Positions 34,008 through 43,940 of a DNA stretch of 64,000 nucleotides are shown one piece after another. The translations under genes and the position numbers were made by a program. The stretch's first letter is position 1. Each line of letters opens with the position of its first letter. This DNA comes from Solobacterium sp. Its GTDB lineage: Bacteria; Bacillota_I; Bacilli_A; Erysipelotrichales; Erysipelotrichaceae. Where the stretch lies: positions 5,802 through 69,801 of the forward strand of contig JAILCN010000168.1 in NCBI GenBank assembly GCA_024680365.1. The letters are read 5' to 3'. A model generated the notes under the pieces. That model worked only from the letters and a program-made list of their open reading frames with translations, did no database searches and was not told where the DNA came from.

Positions 34008-34822
34008 GAACTGGCTCATATAAAGATAAAAATGAAGCGTATCCTCTGGACAGAAAGACCCTGCGTGCCATCGCACTGCGTTCTTTTCTGATCGATGCTT
34101 CCTTTAATGCTGAAACAGGTGAATCGATCGGCTGGCTGTGGGCGATGATGCCCGGTCTGAAAAAGATCCATACGAATGAAGAAGATCTGTCTCTTTCGAT
34201 GGGACATAATCTGGAATATGTCAATACCGGCGGACATCTGTCAACGCTTGCCATGGGTGCGGTCCTTTCCCTGGAACAGCAGAAGGCTGATCTGGAAGCG
34301 ATCCGTTCCCTGCGGACAGCAGCTTCGGCAGCGTCTCTGGGACTTGGTTCAATTCTGTTCCACTGGCTGCTGATCCCTGCGGTTTCCCTGACTGCTGCGG
34401 TGTTTGCACTGGAAGGCAACGCACTCGCTGCTGTGCTTGCGTTTGTGATCCCGGCAGCCGTTTCCGCCGCGCTCAGGATCATTCTGATCAATGTCGGCTA
34501 CAGCAAAGGAACAAGAGCCTTCGAAGGGCTGATCCGTCAGCGTGAAGCACTGACACATGCGGCAAGGATCGCCGGCATCTTCATGATCGGCGCACTCTGC
34601 GCTGTGTTCGCAGCCGATACGGCGCCAGCTGTTTCCGTCACTATGGCAGAAACAGCGTTCGATCTGAACAGTACAGTCGCTTCCGTGCTACCCGGCATCA
34701 TGGGCGTCGGCACTGTCTGGCTGTGCTATGACATGCTGACAAAGAAGAACAGATCCATCTTCGTCTGTGTGCTGACAGTGATCGTCATTGGCATGGTCTG
34801 CGGCGTCTTCGGAATTTTCTGA
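33998..34822 (+). CDS. Mannose-family PTS IID (divergent)
   Basis: RSFLIDASFNAE, MPGLKKIH, EYVNT, GYSKG, GIFMIGAL, VLPGIM. Confidence 0.8.
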   Translation: MVVGTGSYKDKNEAYPLDRKTLRAIALRSFLIDASFNAETGESIGWLWAMMPGLKKIHTNEEDLSLSMGHNLEYVNTGGHLSTLAMGAVLSLEQQKADLEAIRSLRTAASAASLGLGSILFHWLLIPAVSLTAAVFALEGNALAAVLAFVIPAAVSAALRIILINVGYSKGTRAFEGLIRQREALTHAARIAGIFMIGALCAVFAADTAPAVSVTMAETAFDLNSTVASVLPGIMGVGTVWLCYDMLTKKNRSIFVCVLTVIVIGMVCGVFGIF

Positions 34823-34828
34823 TCGATC

Positions 34829-34880
34829 CTGAATCAAAACCTCCTGCCTGGAATATATAAATGCAGGAGGTTATTTTTTT
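34829..34880 (+). promoter_or_regulatory. Conserved motif and SD-occluding terminator hairpin upstream of radC (shared with dprA)
   Basis: AAAAC-N9-GGAATATATAAAT-GCA-GGAGG. Perfect stem AACCTCCTGC/GCAGGAGGTT followed by a T-run. Confidence 0.6.
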
Positions 34881-35588
34881 ATGAGACTGATCAAGGAAAT
34901 GCCGCTATCCGAACGGCCAAGGGAAAAAGCGGTCCGTTGCGGGATCCGCACCCTCAGCAACAGGGAACTGCTGGCGGTGATACTGAGAACGGGAAGCCGG
35001 GGCATGTCGGCTGCGGAAACAGCGGAAGAACTGCTGGAAAAGGCCGGATCGATCGGCAGGCTTGCCCGGATGCGGATGGAAGAGATCATGGAGATCAAAG
35101 GGATCTCAACAGTCAAGGCGCTGCAGCTGCTTTCCTGCTTTGAACTGTCACGGCGCTGCGCATTGGAATCCACACAGAATGTCAGAGTCGCGGATGATCC
35201 GGCCAGACTTGCCGAGTGGCTCAAGAGTGAGATCGGATCCAGCTGGCAGGAACAGTTTCTGGTCGTTTACCTGGACGCTGCGCTGCACGTGATCAGCTAC
35301 CGTACGCTGTTTGTCGGAACGATCGATGCCAGCGCGGTGTTTCCCCGCGAGATCTTCAAGGAAGCGCTGCTGCTCAACAGCACGGATGTGATCCTCGTGC
35401 ACAATCATCCCAGCGGTGAACTGGCGCCGAGCGTTCAGGACATCTATATGACAAAACGCATTGTCAGTGCCGGAAAGCTGATGGGGATCACGGTACTGGA
35501 TCACCTGATCATCACCCAGTCTGATTTTTTCAGTTTTGAGAGACAGGGGATCATGGAAGAATGCGTGGAAGGAAACCGCAAAGATTGA
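34881..35588 (+). CDS. radC: RadC (JAB-domain) protein
   Basis: ERPREK, ELLAVILRTG, PREIF, HNHPSG..PS..D, LDHLI. Confidence 0.95.
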   Translation: MRLIKEMPLSERPREKAVRCGIRTLSNRELLAVILRTGSRGMSAAETAEELLEKAGSIGRLARMRMEEIMEIKGISTVKALQLLSCFELSRRCALESTQNVRVADDPARLAEWLKSEIGSSWQEQFLVVYLDAALHVISYRTLFVGTIDASAVFPREIFKEALLLNSTDVILVHNHPSGELAPSVQDIYMTKRIVSAGKLMGITVLDHLIITQSDFFSFERQGIMEECVEGNRKD

Positions 35589-35614
35589 TATAATATTCTG
35601 AAAGGAGAACGGCC

Positions 35615-36715
35615 ATGAATCTTTTGAACAGGATCAGTGAAAAAATCAAAGAAGATCTGAGCATGAGTGCTCTGATCAAACTGGCACTTGTTTTTCTGAT
35701 CGTCTGGCTGTTCCAGGAAACGACCGGCATCTGGCAGGCGGTGCTGGCGAAACTGTGGCAGATCCTGAAGCCTTTTACGATCGGCTTCGTCATTGCCTAT
35801 GTCCTGCGCTATCCGATCAAGATCGGTGAAAAATACGGTGTTCCCCGGAAGGTCATGATCCCGCTTCTGTACATTGTGATCATTCTGATCTCGGTCTGGA
35901 TCCTTTCTTCGCTCGTGCCGATGCTGATCGACCGCTCCGGATCGTTCATCAACTCGATCATTGAAGGTGTGAACTGGCTGACGAAAACGCTGGCGAATCT
36001 GTCTGAAGACGGCCTGCCTGACTGGATCAGCAGGTTCATGAACAATGCTGTGGATATTCTGAGCGACCTGAAGGGACTGATCCCGAATCTGCCGGTGCTG
36101 CTGACGCAGACGCTGAGTGCTCTGACGACTGCGCTGATCTCGGTGATCCTTTCTGTCTTCATGCTGTTTTCCTGGGATAAGATCCGCCATAACGTGATCC
36201 GGGTATCACGGCGCATCAGCCGCAAATGTTTTGAAAGCATCTTCGCGATCAATGAAGAAGTCAGTGATTATGTCCGTTCGATGCTGATCCTGATGATCAT
36301 CAAGGCGGTCGAATACTCACTGCTGTATTTCCTGATCGGCAACAATGACTGGCTGATCCTCGGCATCATGACGGCGCTGTCGCTGTTCGTGCCGTATATC
36401 GGTCCGACGATCGTCAACTGCATCGGCATCGTATCGTCTCTGACGCTTGCGCTGCCCAACATCATTGCTCTGATCATCCTGATCCTGATCCTCTCCAATG
36501 TGGATGAGTATGTGATCTCGCCGATCGTGCATGCGAGAAATACAAACATTACACCGCTGATGGCACTGTTCAGCCTGTTTGCCGGCAGTGCGCTGCTTGG
36601 CGTGGCAGGCATCATCATCGCGATCCCGGCGATGCTCTCGATCCGGGTGCTGATCAGAAAGTATTCCGATCAGACGTCCGCGGCAGACGGAACAAAGGAG
36701 GAAAGCACAGTATGA
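35615..36715 (+). CDS. AI-2E (PerM) family membrane protein
   Basis: Multi-TM; PF..GFVIAYVL.YP, FVPYIGP, ISP, GIIIAIP. Own extended -10 TGaTATAAT at 35586-94. Confidence 0.85.
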   Translation: MNLLNRISEKIKEDLSMSALIKLALVFLIVWLFQETTGIWQAVLAKLWQILKPFTIGFVIAYVLRYPIKIGEKYGVPRKVMIPLLYIVIILISVWILSSLVPMLIDRSGSFINSIIEGVNWLTKTLANLSEDGLPDWISRFMNNAVDILSDLKGLIPNLPVLLTQTLSALTTALISVILSVFMLFSWDKIRHNVIRVSRRISRKCFESIFAINEEVSDYVRSMLILMIIKAVEYSLLYFLIGNNDWLILGIMTALSLFVPYIGPTIVNCIGIVSSLTLALPNIIALIILILILSNVDEYVISPIVHARNTNITPLMALFSLFAGSALLGVAGIIIAIPAMLSIRVLIRKYSDQTSAADGTKEESTV

Positions 36716-37707
36716 AGCATCTGATCAGAATACTGACAGTCTGTCTCTGCGCATGCCTGCTTTCCGGCTGCTCAGCGATCAAAAGGGGTATCGTCTATAC
36801 TGTTTATCCGATCGGCTATCTGATCAGCAGACTGGCCGGCAATACGGTCAGCACAGCGTCTCTGCAGGGAGAACATGTCATGGTGCAGAGAGCGCAGATC
36901 GTAGATAACTACATGGAACTGCTGGAAAACAGCGAAGTGTTTTTCCATATCGGCTCCCTGGAACCGTATCTGACTGTATACGGAGAGGACATCCGCTCTT
37001 CCGGCATCAGCCAGACGGACCTGTCGACGCTCAATGCTGTCTATGCGTTCAAGCGCTACACCCAGGTCATTACTGACGGTGAAGTGAATTTTGTGGAAGG
37101 TCCGTATTACCGCGGTGAAGAATTCGATACCATCGACACGGATCCGCTGGATCTGTATCTCTGGAACGATCCGATCGCGATGCTGTCAATGGCAAAGAAC
37201 ATTTCCGGCTGGCTGACGCGTTCGTATCCGGAGGACAGTGATAAATTCAGCGAAAACCTGAAGCGGCTGGAGACAGATCTGATCAATCTGGACGCCCAGT
37301 ATCAGGCGCTTTCCACCAATCTTGTCAACAACAACCAGGAGATCCGGTTTGTGTCCATGAGCGCAAGCTTCGGCAACTGGCAGAAAACATACGGGTTCCA
37401 GGTCTATCCGGTCATGCTGTCAAAATACGGCGTGCTGCCGGATGCGGCACAGCTTGCAGCGATCAAGGCAAGGATCCTGCAGGATGGTGTACGGTATATC
37501 GTATATGAACCCAATATGACACAGGATATGATCGACCTGTTCAATCAGCTGCAGGAGGAACTCAGTCTGACCCGGGTCGAGCTGTGCAATCTTTCCAGTC
37601 TGACGGAAGCGGAAGAAGATGCCGGAAAAGACTATCTTTCGCTGATGTATGAAAACCTCAGTGTTCTGGAAACGATGAAAACTGCTGTGACATCTTCTCA
37701 GGATTAA
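36712..37707 (+). CDS. ZnuA/AdcA-like solute-binding lipoprotein lacking canonical His ligands
   Basis: Lipobox LLSGC; TVYPI, GSLEPY, LWNDP, IVYEPN, DYLSLMYENL. Confidence 0.8.
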   Translation: MKHLIRILTVCLCACLLSGCSAIKRGIVYTVYPIGYLISRLAGNTVSTASLQGEHVMVQRAQIVDNYMELLENSEVFFHIGSLEPYLTVYGEDIRSSGISQTDLSTLNAVYAFKRYTQVITDGEVNFVEGPYYRGEEFDTIDTDPLDLYLWNDPIAMLSMAKNISGWLTRSYPEDSDKFSENLKRLETDLINLDAQYQALSTNLVNNNQEIRFVSMSASFGNWQKTYGFQVYPVMLSKYGVLPDAAQLAAIKARILQDGVRYIVYEPNMTQDMIDLFNQLQEELSLTRVELCNLSSLTEAEEDAGKDYLSLMYENLSVLETMKTAVTSSQD

Positions 37708-37756
37708 TGACTGCCGGCAAATGACCGGCAGTTTCATACGGAAAAAGGAGTTGAAC

Positions 37757-40378
37757 ATGAAGAAACTATTGCTGACAGACGGAAACTCAATGCTGTTCAG
37801 AGCATATTATGCAACTGCGTACGGCAAGCCGATGACAACAAAGCAGGGACTTCCCACCAATGCTGTTTTCGGTTTTGCTTCCATGTTCCAGAAAGCGCTC
37901 GATATCGTTTCGCCGGATGCCGTGCTGGTGGCGTTTGACGCCGGCAAGCATACATTCCGGCATGATCTGTATCCGGACTACAAAGGCGGAAGGAAACCGG
38001 CGCCGGATGATCTGGTGCCGCAGTTTCAGATGGTCAGGGACATGCTGGACGCGTTCGCTGTCAGATGGGTGGAAATGCCGGATATTGAAGCGGATGATCT
38101 GATCGGCACGGTCAGCGCGAAGCTGGCAGATGATTATCAGACATACATTCTGACAAGCGACCACGATATGCTGCAGCTGATCGATCCGACGACGACCGTT
38201 GTCCTGATGAAAAAGGGACTGACGGAAATGGATCTGATGACAGAAGAAGCGCTCCGGGAGGAAATGGGAATCAAACCGTATCAGATCATTGAACTCAAGG
38301 GTCTGATGGGTGACAAAAGCGATAATATTCCCGGTGTTGCCGGGATCGGCGAAAAGACAGCTCTGAAGCTTCTGCAGGAATATGACACGGTCGAGAATGT
38401 GATCGCTCATGAAGATGAGCTGAAAGGCGCACTGCAGAAGAAGATCATGTCCTCGCACGATCTGGCGCTTCTCAGCCGGAAGCTGGCGGAGATCCGCCGT
38501 GATGTTTCGCTTGATCTGACGTCTGAAGATCTGCGCTTTGCGCCGGATTATGAAGGCATGGTGCGCTTCCTGAGATCGCTGGATATGAACGCGTTGTCAG
38601 AACGCTTCGCAAAAAACATTGCGAAGGAAGAAACACCTGCGGAAGCGGAAGAAGAAACACCGGCTGCAGCCGCAGTGCGGGTGACGAGGATGCCGGCGGA
38701 AGCGCTGAAAGCTGACTGCGCTGTATATATTGATGAAACAGGCGGTTCATTCCTGAGTGCGGAGCCGCTTGGCATCGCGCTGTGTTCGGCAAAAGGAAAA
38801 TATTATATTTCACTGGCGGATGCGGAGCAGGATGAAGACCTGCTGGCATTCCTGAAGTCTGATGCGTACGGAAAAACCGGATTTGACATCAAGCGGAACA
38901 TGCATCTTCTGCAGAATACAAAGATCAGTGTCAGCTGGCAGGATGACGCAATGATCCTGGCGGCGCTTGCGGATTCCACACTGACAAGCACCGAAAAGAT
39001 CTTTGAACACTATCAGCTGAAACCTGCTGTCAGCAGGGAAGATGTCTATGGCAAGCCGAACCGTCCGGTGCTGTTTGCCGATGAAGCGCTGCAGTGCGAA
39101 TATGCCTGTTCCATGGCAGACTGCATCATGAAGCTGAAAGAAGCTGCGATGCCGACTGTTGCGGAAAACGGAATCGAAAAGCTGTACCGGGAGATCGAAC
39201 TGCCTCTTTCTGCGATCCTGTGGAAGATGGAAAACGAAGGCATCCGCTGCGAAGAGGGGATCCTGAACCGGATCGCGGAAGAAACGATGGAAGAGATCCA
39301 GAAGGAACAGACGGCGGTCTTTGCACTGGCCGGGAAAGAGTTCAATCTGAATTCTCCCAAACAGCTTGCGGAAGTCCTGTATGACGACCTCGGCCTTCCT
39401 TCCGGCAAGAAGAGAAGTACATCCGCTGACGTGCTGGAAAAGTTTGCCGGCATGTATGAGATCATTGACCACATTCTTGTTTACAGAAAGCTCTCCAAGA
39501 TCTACAGCACATATGCGGAAGGCCTGAAGAAGTATATTCAGAAGGACGGCAGGATCCATACGCTGTACAATCAGTGTGCGACCCAGACCGGAAGACTTTC
39601 TTCCAGTGAGCCGAATCTGCAGAACATCAGTGTCAGAGATGAGCAGGGCAGAGAGATCCGGAAGGCATTCCTGCCGGATGAAGGATGCGTGCTGATCTCC
39701 AGTGACTATCATCAGATCGAACTGCGCATGCTGGCGCATATGGCTGATGAGAAGAGTCTGATCGAGGCATTCAACGAAGGCATCGATATTCATACAAAGA
39801 CAGCGATGGATGTCTTTGACAAGACGGAAGAAGAGGTGACCCCGTCAGACAGAAGACAGGCCAAGACGGTCAACTTCGGTATCGTCTACGGCATCAGTGA
39901 TTTCGGTCTTGCCGAACAGCTTGGCGTATCCCGGAGAGAAGCGGCTGATTTCATCGAAACATATTATCAGAAATATCCCGGCATCCGTACATACATGGAA
40001 TCGCTCGTCACATTCTGTGAGAAAAACGGATATGTAAAAACACTGTGCGGCAGAAGACGTGACATTCCCGAGATCCGCGATAAAAACCGCATGGTCAGGG
40101 AATTCGGCAAGCGGGCAGCCATGAATGCGCCGATCCAGGGCTCAGCCGCGGATCTGATCAAGATCGCGATGATCCACATTGATGAGGCAATGACGAAAGC
40201 CGGCGTAAAGAGCAGAATGATCCTGCAGGTCCATGATGAACTCATATTCAATGTTCCTGAAGAAGAAACAGAGGCCATGAAGAAGCTGATCACAGACGGC
40301 ATGGAGCATGCGATGGAACTGAAGGTCCCGCTGAGCGCAGAGTGCGCTGTCGGCAGGACCTGGTACGAGGCGAAGTAA
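37757..40378 (+). CDS. polA: DNA polymerase I
   Basis: DGNSMLFRAYYA, EADD, TGRLSSSEPNLQNI, DYHQIELR, QVHDEL. Confidence 0.98.
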   Translation: MKKLLLTDGNSMLFRAYYATAYGKPMTTKQGLPTNAVFGFASMFQKALDIVSPDAVLVAFDAGKHTFRHDLYPDYKGGRKPAPDDLVPQFQMVRDMLDAFAVRWVEMPDIEADDLIGTVSAKLADDYQTYILTSDHDMLQLIDPTTTVVLMKKGLTEMDLMTEEALREEMGIKPYQIIELKGLMGDKSDNIPGVAGIGEKTALKLLQEYDTVENVIAHEDELKGALQKKIMSSHDLALLSRKLAEIRRDVSLDLTSEDLRFAPDYEGMVRFLRSLDMNALSERFAKNIAKEETPAEAEEETPAAAAVRVTRMPAEALKADCAVYIDETGGSFLSAEPLGIALCSAKGKYYISLADAEQDEDLLAFLKSDAYGKTGFDIKRNMHLLQNTKISVSWQDDAMILAALADSTLTSTEKIFEHYQLKPAVSREDVYGKPNRPVLFADEALQCEYACSMADCIMKLKEAAMPTVAENGIEKLYREIELPLSAILWKMENEGIRCEEGILNRIAEETMEEIQKEQTAVFALAGKEFNLNSPKQLAEVLYDDLGLPSGKKRSTSADVLEKFAGMYEIIDHILVYRKLSKIYSTYAEGLKKYIQKDGRIHTLYNQCATQTGRLSSSEPNLQNISVRDEQGREIRKAFLPDEGCVLISSDYHQIELRMLAHMADEKSLIEAFNEGIDIHTKTAMDVFDKTEEEVTPSDRRQAKTVNFGIVYGISDFGLAEQLGVSRREAADFIETYYQKYPGIRTYMESLVTFCEKNGYVKTLCGRRRDIPEIRDKNRMVREFGKRAAMNAPIQGSAADLIKIAMIHIDEAMTKAGVKSRMILQVHDELIFNVPEEETEAMKKLITDGMEHAMELKVPLSAECAVGRTWYEAK

Positions 40379-40381
40379 GGT

Positions 40382-41188
40382 ATGCCTGAGCTTCCGGAAG
40401 TAGAGACCGTCGTCAGAACACTGGAGAGAATGATCAGCGGAAGAACGATCATCCATGCGGAAGTCAGATATCCGAAGATGATCGAAATGGATCCTGAAGC
40501 CTTTGTCAGAAAGATGGAAGGACAGACATTCCGTATTTTTTCGCGAAGAGGAAAATATCTTCTCTTCGGCATGGATGACTGCATTCTCTGCGTGCATCTG
40601 CGCATGGAAGGCAAATTCTTTGTAAGTGAGCCTGAACTGCCGCGGAACCGGCATATGCATGTGATCTTTGATCTGGATGACGGCAGGCAGCTGCGTTATC
40701 AGGACACCAGGAAGTTCGGCCGGATGGAGATCCTGGAGAAAAACATTGATCTGTGTGCGTTTCATGGCCTTGGTCCGGAACCGTTTCAGGATGCTTTCAC
40801 ACCTAAATACATTCATGACTGGCGGAAACGGCACAGCACTGCGCTGAAGACGATGATGCTCGATCAGAGCTTTGTAGCCGGCGTCGGCAATATCTATGCC
40901 GATGAGATCCTGTTTGCCTGCAGACTGCGTCCCGGACGCAGCTGCAAGCGCATCACGAAAGCGGATGAAGAAGCGATCGTCAGACATACCCGCAGGATCC
41001 TGAATGAAGCAATCAGAGCAGGCGGAACGACGATACGTTCCTATACGTCCTCGCTCGGCGTCACGGGACTGTTTCAGAACGACTGTTTTGTGCATGAAAA
41101 GAAGATCTGCCGGGTATGCGGCAGTGAGATCCGGATGAAGCGGATCGGCAGACGAAGCAGCTATTACTGCCCCGTCTGTCAGAAATAA
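40382..41188 (+). CDS. mutM: Formamidopyrimidine-DNA glycosylase
   Basis: MPELPEVET, HLRMEG, GVGNIYADE, C-terminal Zn finger. Confidence 0.97.
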   Translation: MPELPEVETVVRTLERMISGRTIIHAEVRYPKMIEMDPEAFVRKMEGQTFRIFSRRGKYLLFGMDDCILCVHLRMEGKFFVSEPELPRNRHMHVIFDLDDGRQLRYQDTRKFGRMEILEKNIDLCAFHGLGPEPFQDAFTPKYIHDWRKRHSTALKTMMLDQSFVAGVGNIYADEILFACRLRPGRSCKRITKADEEAIVRHTRRILNEAIRAGGTTIRSYTSSLGVTGLFQNDCFVHEKKICRVCGSEIRMKRIGRRSSYYCPVCQK

Positions 41189-41204
41189 CAGAAGGAAGAA
41201 GAAC

Positions 41205-41813
41205 ATGAAGATCGGATTGACAGGAACAATAGCATCGGGCAAGACAACAGTTTCCATTCTGCTGCGCAGAAGGGGAATGGCAGTTTTCAACTGCGATAAT
41301 TACGCGAAGACAGCGCTGTATGCAGGCAGTCAGTGCTTCGGTAAGATCGTTGCAGCGTTCGGTGAGGAGATCGTCGGCAGAGACGGTGATATCGACAAAA
41401 AGAAAATGGCTGATCTGATCTTCAGCGATGAAGAAAAGAGAAAACAGATGAATGCCATCGTGCATCCTTATGTACTTGCCGGAATGCGCAGATTTTTCCG
41501 GTCGCATGAGAATGACCCGATCGTTTTTGCGGAAGTGCCGCTGCTGTTTGAAGCAGGCTGGAACGACGAGTTTGACCGGATCTGTGTCGTGACATGTTCA
41601 AAAGAGACAGCGATCAGAAGAATGATGGAAGACCGCGGCTACAGTGAAGAAGAAGCAGCCGCACGGTATGAATCACAGATCGACCCGGAAAAGCAGAAAG
41701 CAATGGCGGACCATGTGATCATGAATGAAACATCACTGAAGGATCTCGATCACGAGATCAATCTCTGGATCAGAGATCTGCGAAAGGAGAGTGCCCATGG
41801 AACTGAAGCCTAG
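41205..41813 (+). CDS. coaE: Dephospho-CoA kinase
   Basis: IGLTGTIASGKTT, VHP, EVPLLFE. Confidence 0.95.
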   Translation: MKIGLTGTIASGKTTVSILLRRRGMAVFNCDNYAKTALYAGSQCFGKIVAAFGEEIVGRDGDIDKKKMADLIFSDEEKRKQMNAIVHPYVLAGMRRFFRSHENDPIVFAEVPLLFEAGWNDEFDRICVVTCSKETAIRRMMEDRGYSEEEAAARYESQIDPEKQKAMADHVIMNETSLKDLDHEINLWIRDLRKESAHGTEA

Positions 41814-42990
41814 AGACAGCTACCGGACAGAATGTTCCTTTTCGCTTTCCGATTCCATGATGCGCTCGCTTGTGATCCTGTATCAGCCGCTGATCACGCC
41901 GGAAGCGCTGGTCGTCTATCTGACGCTGCAGGCGGAAGCAGGCAGAAGCGTGATGGAAACACACTCCCGGCTGTTTGCCCTGACCGGCATCAGCGCTGAC
42001 GTGTTTGACCGCGCCTGCGCAAAGCTGGAAGAATACATGCTGCTGAGACGGTATATCAGAGAAGCAGACACGAAGAACAGTTATATCTATGTGCTCAACG
42101 CGCCGCTGAATCCGAAGGATTTCATGGCCAGTGCGATGTATATGAACCGCTATGCCAAAGTGCTTGGGATCCGCCAGGCAGAGTCTTCCGCTGTGCTGCT
42201 GAGAGCGCATGATGTATCAACGCAGGGGTACCGTGATATCACCCGAACGGTCCGCCATATGCCGGAAGAACATGAGATGGACAAGACGGTTGAATACGTT
42301 ACAGTCAAACCGCGGAACAATTTCCTCAATGATGATTCCACGATCGTGTTTGACTATGACAGGTTCACCGCAACGACAAGTTCCCTCGTGTTTCCGGTCG
42401 AGCTGAGAACGCAGGAGAATCTGTATCTGATCGGCAAGCTGGCGACAGTCTACGGGCTGGGACCGGACCGGATGCGGGTCCTGGTCAAAGAATGCGTGAA
42501 TCTTGCAACGATGGAATTCGACGGTGAAAAGCTCAGGCTGAAAGCATCCCGGGAAAAGCCGGAACAGACATCTGCTGCGGATCCCTACAGCCTGGCGCCG
42601 GTTTCCTTCCTGCAGTCAAAGCAGAACGGAGCCCAGGTTTCCCGGGCAGACCAGAAGATCCTCGAGCATCTTGCCATGGATATGCATTTCCCTTCCGAAG
42701 TCATCAATGTGATGATCGAATACATTCTTTCTGTCAGTTCCAACCGTCTGCATCCGAACTTTGTCGACATGGTTGCCGGCGAATGGGCAAGAGACGGCGT
42801 GCAGACAAAAGAACAGGCCCTCCTGGAGACGAAGAAGAAGCTCAGATCGGCACCTTCCGGAAAACAGAACGGTGTTGTTGTTCCGCTTCCCGAGATCTTC
42901 CAGAAGCCGCAGGAAGAGAGTGCTGAAACGGATGACAGCCGTGATATGATAGAAAAGATCAGATCGATGCAGGAGAAGTTCAGTGAGTGA
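41797..42990 (+). CDS. dnaB: Firmicute replication initiation/helicase-loader DnaB
   Basis: LYQPLI N-terminus, DnaD-like C-terminal (EVINVMIEY..W..GV), coaE-dnaB-dnaI synteny. Confidence 0.85.
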   Translation: MELKPRDSYRTECSFSLSDSMMRSLVILYQPLITPEALVVYLTLQAEAGRSVMETHSRLFALTGISADVFDRACAKLEEYMLLRRYIREADTKNSYIYVLNAPLNPKDFMASAMYMNRYAKVLGIRQAESSAVLLRAHDVSTQGYRDITRTVRHMPEEHEMDKTVEYVTVKPRNNFLNDDSTIVFDYDRFTATTSSLVFPVELRTQENLYLIGKLATVYGLGPDRMRVLVKECVNLATMEFDGEKLRLKASREKPEQTSAADPYSLAPVSFLQSKQNGAQVSRADQKILEHLAMDMHFPSEVINVMIEYILSVSSNRLHPNFVDMVAGEWARDGVQTKEQALLETKKKLRSAPSGKQNGVVVPLPEIFQKPQEESAETDDSRDMIEKIRSMQEKFSE

Positions 42991-43900
42991 TATGCAGAAA
43001 GCGGAATTTAATGTCAGTGTCACTGACAGACAGAAAGAAGAAACGGAAAAGCTGATCGAAGCGCTGAGAAACAATCCGGCGATCCGGTATCTTTTCAAAG
43101 CGAACAATATCCCGGAAGAATATCTGCGGAAATCACCGTGGAAGCTGCGTGACTGGCTGGTTGCCTACAAGCCGTGTCAGGGCTGCAGGGGACTGGAAAA
43201 CTGCGGACAGAAAAAAAGAGGCTACTACAGCAGCCTTGTCTATGACGGTCTTCTGCATACGGAATTCAAAGCGTGCAAGTACATGCGGAGTGAGCTTCAG
43301 CAGACAGCGCACATGAAGAATTATCTCGTTTCCGATCTCGGCAGTTCACTGCACAGAGTCGTTTTCAAATCGATCGATCCGGAACAGGAAACACCTGCCT
43401 ACCGGTCGGTGCTGCTGGCAGCGATGAATCATACCGACAGCGAAAGAGGCCTGTTTATCTACGGCACCATGGGCGTCGGCAAAACATACCTGGCAGCCTG
43501 TGCCGCCAATGAGCGGGCGAGAAAAGGCGATAAGACAGCTTTTATTCACTATCCGACATTTACCATGCGGATGGCTGCGCAGGTCAATGAGGGTGAATAC
43601 CGGACGGAACTGAAGCGTCTGATGTATGCGGACTTCCTGGTGATCGACGACATCGGTGCGGAAAACTGCACGGAATGGAATCGTGACCAGCTGCTTCTGC
43701 CGCTGCTGAATTATCGTTACGAGAATAAGAAAACAACATGGTTCACATCCAATCAGGATGAGATCACTCTGAAGATCCATTTCACTTTTTCCAGCAAAGG
43801 CAAGGAAGAAGCGCTGAAAGCGGAACGGATCATCGAGCGCATCAGAGCGCTTGCGGAATTTGTACCGCTGAGCGGCAAAGACCGCAGAAAGCCGCTCTGA
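42983..43900 (+). CDS. dnaI: Primosomal helicase loader DnaI
   Basis: CxxC Zn motif, GTMGVGKT, LVIDDIGAE, FTSN. Confidence 0.92.
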   Translation: MSDMQKAEFNVSVTDRQKEETEKLIEALRNNPAIRYLFKANNIPEEYLRKSPWKLRDWLVAYKPCQGCRGLENCGQKKRGYYSSLVYDGLLHTEFKACKYMRSELQQTAHMKNYLVSDLGSSLHRVVFKSIDPEQETPAYRSVLLAAMNHTDSERGLFIYGTMGVGKTYLAACAANERARKGDKTAFIHYPTFTMRMAAQVNEGEYRTELKRLMYADFLVIDDIGAENCTEWNRDQLLLPLLNYRYENKKTTWFTSNQDEITLKIHFTFSSKGKEEALKAERIIERIRALAEFVPLSGKDRRKPL

Positions 43901-43940
43901 CCGGCAGGATGGTGAACCTGGATTCAGAGGAGGATAAAAT

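Noticed and set aside
34843-34870. Resemblance to B. subtilis dif (CCTGGAA-TATATA), with xerC in the window
   Set aside because: The normally best-conserved XerD arm (TTATGTAAACT) does not match. The dprA/radC motif explains the sequence better.
34881-35588. radC as a marker of a mobile or anti-defence element
   Set aside because: It is a full-length chromosomal-type RadC in a core neighbourhood with no mobility genes.
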